Of a stretch of 39,340 nucleotides of DNA, positions 34,743-39,340 are shown one piece after another. Source of the stretch: an uncultured Nitrososphaerota archaeon (GTDB taxonomy: Archaea > Asgardarchaeota > Njordarchaeia > Njordarchaeales > Panguiarchaeaceae); assembly GCA_964636085.1 (NCBI GenBank), contig CAZWPQ010000019.1:1-39340 (forward strand). Direction: 5' to 3'. Positions within the stretch are counted from its first letter, which is position 1; each line of letters opens with the position of its first letter. Below the pieces are notes generated by a model that was given only the letters and a program-made list of their open reading frames with translations, was not told the origin of the DNA and made no database searches. A program made the position numbers and the translations under genes.

Positions 34743-35048
34743 ATGGGCATTAGTGTGTCTGCTTGTCTTAGAAAAATTCATCATGACATCAACCCTAGGG
34801 ATCTACAGAACGCTGTTACAAAGCCCGATGATACATATATGGATCCTAAATGCGAAAGATATTTCTACGTAAAGAAGCTTCTGGACAAGTGGATTGTTGT
34901 GGTTGCAAGGGGAGATAAAAAAATTGAGATAATCACAGCGTTTTATATATCAGACAGGAAAAAGAAGCGGTATATCGGTAGCAAACTGATCTCCAGAAAA
35001 TGGAAAAAAGTTGGGCCCCGATTGCCTGTTTATACCGCAACTTTGTAA
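34743..35048 (+). CDS. DUF4258/RelE-BECR-like putative toxin
   Basis: AVTKPD...YVKK...WIVVV...IEIITAF pattern; GGGGG RBS; adjacent to DUF2283. Confidence 0.6.
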   Translation: MGISVSACLRKIHHDINPRDLQNAVTKPDDTYMDPKCERYFYVKKLLDKWIVVVARGDKKIEIITAFYISDRKKKRYIGSKLISRKWKKVGPRLPVYTATL

Positions 35049-35054
35049 GTGTGA

Positions 35055-35440
35055 ATCTGCAAGTCTGATGCTGTGAGCTTTATTCTATTTATGCGTTGTT
35101 GATTATTCATCTATCTTGGCCTTTTACAAGCATTAGATTCGGTAAAAGTCTAATCGGCATATGAATTATTCCATATGGTTCGCGTCGGTTTTTAGCTTAG
35201 GAGGAATATCCCGCCTCTAGATGAGGCTTGAAGTCTCTGAAGTCTTAGGTGTCATGAAACCTTCGTTGTTTGCTTCTAGGTAAAACCATCTGAGGAATCC
35301 ATATAACTGTTTTTCTGAAGTTATTCTACAGAACAAAACACCTTTTGTAGTGGATTAGACATAATCTGCACAGAGTTGTTTCTTGTCTTGGAATATCGGT
35401 GATTCTGAAGTTAGTAAAGTTTCTGAAGATACTGAAGTTT
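35055..35440 (+). repeat. Left arm of long inverted repeat; perfect core 35141-35242
   Basis: 35141-35242 is the exact reverse complement of 36441-36542. The flanks align at roughly two-thirds identity by eye. Confidence 0.95.
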
Positions 35441-35558
35441 TTGCTAGAGTTATACGATGTGTGATAAGCATTATTCTAGAAAGAACCTAAACCAATAAGC
35501 AAATTTGTGATTGCTCTATCTGAGGAATGAAGACACATTTAGTCTCCCCTTTTAAAGC

Positions 35559-35568
35559 GTGAATTCAC
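35559..35568. promoter_or_regulatory. Palindromic putative operator GTGAATTCAC just downstream of TATA-like TTTTAAA
   Basis: Perfect 10-bp palindrome between a TATA-like box (35550-35556) and the DUF433 start. Confidence 0.45.
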
Positions 35569-35581
35569 AATTTTAATTCTA

Positions 35582-35854
35582 GTGATCAAGGCCATGGATA
35601 AAATGACTACCACAGATTTGAGGAGTCTATCGGAGAACTATCTCAAAAGAATAGTACAAGACCCAGAGATACTTGGTGGAAAACCAGTAATCGCGGGCAC
35701 AAGAATCTCTGTCGAGCTCATATTAGAGAAACTAGCCGCTGGCTGGTCCATAAGCGAAATCCTCGAGAACTATCCAGAACTAACCATTGAGGACATCAGA
35801 GCTGCACTATATTTTGCAAAGAAAATTTTGGAAAAACTCTATGAGGTTGAGTAA
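35582..35854 (+). CDS. DUF433 family antitoxin
   Basis: RIVQDPEILGGKPVIAGTRISVELILE...EILENYPELTIEDIRAAL. Confidence 0.95.
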   Translation: MIKAMDKMTTTDLRSLSENYLKRIVQDPEILGGKPVIAGTRISVELILEKLAAGWSISEILENYPELTIEDIRAALYFAKKILEKLYEVE

Positions 35855-36228
35855 TAATTGCCACTAAGCTTCTTGCTGATGCAAATATTCCACAGAAAGC
35901 TGTCGATATTCTCCGCAGAAAAGGCATCGATATAGTGTCCATCCGTGAGATAAACCCTAGATTGAAGAACAGAGAGGTGGCTATCATAGCTTCTTCGCAG
36001 AATAGAATAATCGTCACAGCTGATAAAAATTTTCCTCGAGTTGTTTTTAAGGAAGGTATTAAGGTGCCTGGAATCTTGCTCTTGGTCGATATAGAGTTCC
36101 TTAAAGCCGCAGAAATTACTGAGACCATAATTATGGCTATTAGTAGTGGAGCTATTAAGTATGGTCATTTAGTGGTGTATTCACCATATGGTGTAAAGAA
36201 AAAACGCGAATTACTGGGGTACATTTAG
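35851..36228 (+). CDS. DUF5615 (VapC45-like PIN) toxin, probably attenuated; no canonical start codon
   Basis: The frame extends upstream of GTG 35935 as (V)IIATKLLADANIPQKAVDILRRKGIDIVSI...RIIVTADKNF. Confidence 0.8.
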   Translation, partial: VIIATKLLADANIPQKAVDILRRKGIDIVSIREINPRLKNREVAIIASSQNRIIVTADKNFPRVVFKEGIKVPGILLLVDIEFLKAAEITETIIMAISSGAIKYGHLVVYSPYGVKKKRELLGYI

Positions 36229-36335
36229 AACACTAACTAGCATCTCTTTTATCTTTGATGTTGATATAACTTCGAAGCTTTGATATATATTATCTCCTTT
36301 AGGTATCAAATATTCTTTGTTTAGTTTTCGCGAGG

Positions 36336-36628
36336 AAACTTCAGTAGCTTCAGAATCACCGACATTTGAGAACTAGGCATTACCATGCACAGTTTAAGTC
36401 TAATTCACGACAAAAAAAGGTGCTTAGTTTCACAGAAAAGCTTCAGAGACTTCAAGCCTCATCTAGAGGCGGGATATTCCTCCTAAGCTAAAAACCGACG
36501 CGAACCATATGGAATAATTCATATGCCGATTAGACTTTTACCAAATCTAATGCCTGTAAGGCCCAAAAATAGAAGATTAATTAATAACACTTAGATAAAA
36601 TAAAACTTATGACATTGAACTTACAAGT
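36336..36628 (-). repeat. Right arm of long inverted repeat; perfect core 36441-36542
   Basis: Reverse complement of the left arm, lacking the ~78-bp segment 35243-35320. Confidence 0.95.
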
Positions 36629-36736
36629 CTCTCATAGTCGGCATTCCTTTGTAGGAAATCTACTGTCCCGTTACTATGATTTGGTTTGATAATAGTGTTA
36701 ATTCTAATCTGGCATATCCTTGGAGCTCACACACTA

Positions 36737-37794
36737 CTACACTTTTATCATGAATATTTTATACATCATTTCTATTAGTTGTTGTTCTGTCATCATATCC
36801 ACCACTTTTAGTGTTCCAGGTATTGTTTCCTCCATGGCATATAGAAATACCTGAAGCATCTCCGGTGACGCATTGAATATTGTCTGGAAGTGTTTATATA
36901 CGAAATCAACCCTTCTAAGCTCGTCAAATAGTTTTCTGAATTTGTTGAAGACTTTCTCCTTTCCCTTATCTATCGCCAGTTTTATTAATCCTGCAACTAG
37001 GATAAATATCGATGTTGATATATCATCCACATTCTCCTCGGGCATAGCGCCCAAAATTCGCCGTATGTCTGTGGCCTCAAAGTCTTCTATCGCGAATCCA
37101 AATTCTCCTAGTTTCTCCAAATCAATCACTCCAGCGGAATATAATATACTGGCGACTGCCTTCCTCAGTTTATTCTCCATATGTATGAGTATCCTAATAA
37201 GATTAATGTTATCCCTAGCGATCTCCTCTATATCCCCCTCCGATATTCCATGTTTATATAATGCATACGAAATTATTCTTGGGGCTAGGATATTTGTCAG
37301 ATGATACCCAGCACCCCCCCCTCTACAATGTATGTCTCCAGAAGACGAACTAACTCCTCCACATGTTCCACAAATTTTTCATCACATCTAAACTTGAAGA
37401 CAAAATAGTTAGCAATGGACTCGTCAACAATTTTGTATAGTATCAACTCATCACCTAGGGGTTCTTCCACCACCCTATGCTTCTGCTCGAAATATATGTG
37501 CCCGACCTCATGCACAAAAGTCCTCAGGAATACATCCTCGAAATCCTCAACGTAGTAGAGGAGAACCATAGAGAGATTTTTGTCATATTTCCCCATTAGG
37601 GCGTGTGATGCCAAATAGACATGCGTGGGGCTTGTCGGTAGCCTAACCATAACATTGATATCCCCCCTCATAAGGGTCGATTTTAGAAAATCAGATATCT
37701 CTCTCGGGATCCCATCTAGATATTCCATACACTGCTTCTCTTGATACATATACATCTTATTTATCGGCGGATCAATCACGATGTTGAAAGGCAA
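36737..37794 (-). pseudogene. HExxH zinc-metallopeptidase-like gene split by a frameshift in a G8 tract (or phase-variable gene)
   Basis: The 5' ORF has FVHEVGH...DESIANYF. One extra G at 37314-37321 joins it in frame, through GAGYHLTNILAPRIISYALYKHG...LIH, to the 147-aa ORF, giving 352 aa. Confidence 0.8.
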
Positions 37795-37884
37795 AATTCA
37801 ACACCCACCACTATTTTTTCCTGGTATCTACCGCATTATACCTATCCCCCTCCATTTGGTAGTTGGACAGAATAACTATTGTTC

Positions 37885-38505
37885 TCACCCGGGATATACA
37901 ATATATGTGGCTATCCCTACCAATATCTCTACAAATAAAAACATTAGCCAGAAAACCATCTTTTTTACAGCACCTATGTCCTTATCTCCCCTCGGTCTTT
38001 TAGGTATTAAAACCAAGAGACCATATAATACGAATGGTGTTCCACCAAAAATCATCAAGAGCAATGGGCTAAGTATAATCCCCGACAATATTATCTCAAA
38101 GAAGAAGCCATGAAGGCCCGCCATAACAAGTATTTCATAATCCCGATAGTTATATTTCCGCATGTATTTTAACCATAGATACGCCATCGTTATAAATATA
38201 GGTATCGCTCTTACATAGTCCTCTACCAGGGACGTTGCTTCACCATGTAGCCCCCCACCTATATAGTATACTATTGTTTCCTCAATAATCACCAAAAATA
38301 ATATTGTGGGCAGATATGGCCTCGGCTCCAATAGGTATAGATAAACATAAATAATAGGAATCACGACCACATAAAACGACAATCCATAATTCCCTTCGGT
38401 AACACCCAACAAAAAGAGAATCACAAAATCTGCCATTCCCCAGATGAATAGAATCTTACCAATATTAGAACCAAATATACCAAATTCTCTCATCCCGCTC
38501 CCCAA
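37885..38505 (-). CDS. Multi-pass membrane protein of unknown function
   Basis: About 6-7 hydrophobic segments with intramembrane polar motifs IIEET and GLHGFFFE. Confidence 0.8.
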   Translation of the reverse strand: MGSGMREFGIFGSNIGKILFIWGMADFVILFLLGVTEGNYGLSFYVVVIPIIYVYLYLLEPRPYLPTILFLVIIEETIVYYIGGGLHGEATSLVEDYVRAIPIFITMAYLWLKYMRKYNYRDYEILVMAGLHGFFFEIILSGIILSPLLLMIFGGTPFVLYGLLVLIPKRPRGDKDIGAVKKMVFWLMFLFVEILVGIATYIVYPG

Positions 38506-38603
38506 AAACTTATCAAGCCACCCATAACAAATTATCCCAAGAATTTGACAGAAATATCACGCCAACAATTCAAAAGCTGCTTTCAAAATCTGGAATATTG
38601 TAG

Positions 38604-39044
38604 CTAGATCTCAATCTTGTCAAATTTGGAGGCTATATTATCTATCACATCCCCCAGATCTACAATTCTATCATGTACTATTTTTCTCAAAATCCGGAAT
38701 ATTCTCCTCACACATATTAGCCCTCTTCGAATGGTATTTTCATCAGCCAAAAACCACTTATGATCTACCTCATTTCTAAGTGTGTATAGTGTTGATGCAA
38801 CACTTAGTTCCCTCGCCTCTCTATCCCCCAGTCCCAAATCTCGCATAAAGTTTATTGTTTTCGCTATCACGGCCCCACTTCTGGATGGTATAGATTGCTT
38901 ATAATAGTTTAGTATCGCTCTAAAGACGGCCTCTATCACAAACCAGAGAGCAGATATAGCTTTATTATAGCATGCATTATCGACATCAATCACTACCTCC
39001 CGTGCAAGGGTCTCCGCTTTTCTTAGATACTCTCTATACTTCAT
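38604..39044 (-). CDS. HEPN domain protein
   Basis: YLRKAE...YNKAISALWFVIEAVFRA...LYTLRNEVDH (Rx4H). The likely start is ATG 39044, overlapping the upstream gene. Confidence 0.8.
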   Translation of the reverse strand: MKYREYLRKAETLAREVVIDVDNACYNKAISALWFVIEAVFRAILNYYKQSIPSRSGAVIAKTINFMRDLGLGDREARELSVASTLYTLRNEVDHKWFLADENTIRRGLICVRRIFRILRKIVHDRIVDLGDVIDNIASKFDKIEI

Positions 39045-39340
39045 CGACCTCATCTACATGCACAATTATTGGCGCCTTTAGGTTGTTTTCTCTCTCGAAG
39101 CACCTAACGGCCTCTACAATCCTCTCCACAACATCCCAGTTCTTCTCCCTAACCACAACACGCACAGCTGGGCCATCATCAAGACTATCAACACGAACAA
39201 TAATCTCTCCAAACAGATCCCTTAGATAGTTTGAGAGTTTAGTGAGTAGTCTAGGCTCCAAAAAGTAGTACTCATTACTAGAATATTCATCGACCTCATC
39301 TACATGCACAATTATTGGCGCCTTTAGGTTGTTTTCTCTC
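39034..39340 (-). CDS. Tandem-repeat MNT-fold-like protein, 5' end beyond the window
   Basis: The frame is open to the window edge. It carries an 82-aa repeat unit ending RENNLKAPIIVHVDEVDE and is coupled to the HEPN gene. Confidence 0.65.
   Translation of the reverse strand, partial: RENNLKAPIIVHVDEVDEYSSNEYYFLEPRLLTKLSNYLRDLFGEIIVRVDSLDDGPAVRVVVREKNWDVVERIVEAVRCFERENNLKAPIIVHVDEVDEV
39040..39340. repeat. Perfect direct repeat: 39040-39094 = 39286-39340, period 246 bp
   Basis: 55 identical nt, running to the window edge; the period equals 82 codons. Confidence 0.95.

Noticed and set aside
35041-35530. CRISPR array or transposase remnant in the repeat region
   Set aside because: There are no regularly spaced 25-40 bp repeats. 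The translated frames contain several stops and no recognisable DDE or HUH motif.

Overview
This is an AT-rich archaeal chromosomal window. Archaeal origin is supported by an archaeal-type IleRS, NucS, a Pab1020-like RNA ligase, GGTG/GTGAT-type ribosome binding sites and a tRNA without encoded CCA. A thermophilic, possibly Asgard-like lineage is my inference only. From left to right on the map: (1) a minus-strand cluster of secreted or surface proteins: a clostripain C11 protease (truncated by the window edge), a decayed P-loop/small-GTPase-like gene, an FG-GAP repeat protein and a multidomain S8 subtilase; the last two share a C-terminal anchor motif. (2) An ABC-2 exporter preceded by two paralogous wHTH genes. 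(3) An unannotated 29-aa acidic microprotein plus a Nudix hydrolase. (4) A mostly housekeeping block: pyrD, hypD, tRNA-Pro(CGG), RNA ligase, nitroreductase, nucS, a broken VapBC, pfkB-like kinase, hypF, hypE, hypC, ileS, a degenerate acyl-CoA dehydrogenase, a PIG-A-like GT4, a DHH phosphoesterase, an MBL hydrolase, nth and a nucleoside phosphorylase. (5) An accessory island from about 34.5 kb with three toxin-antitoxin-like pairs. The DUF433/DUF5615 pair sits between long inverted repeats with a perfect 102-bp core, a candidate invertible cassette. Next to it are a HExxH metallopeptidase gene split at a G8 tract and a tandem-repeat MNT-like/HEPN pair. All family calls come from motif recognition by eye; no database search was run.
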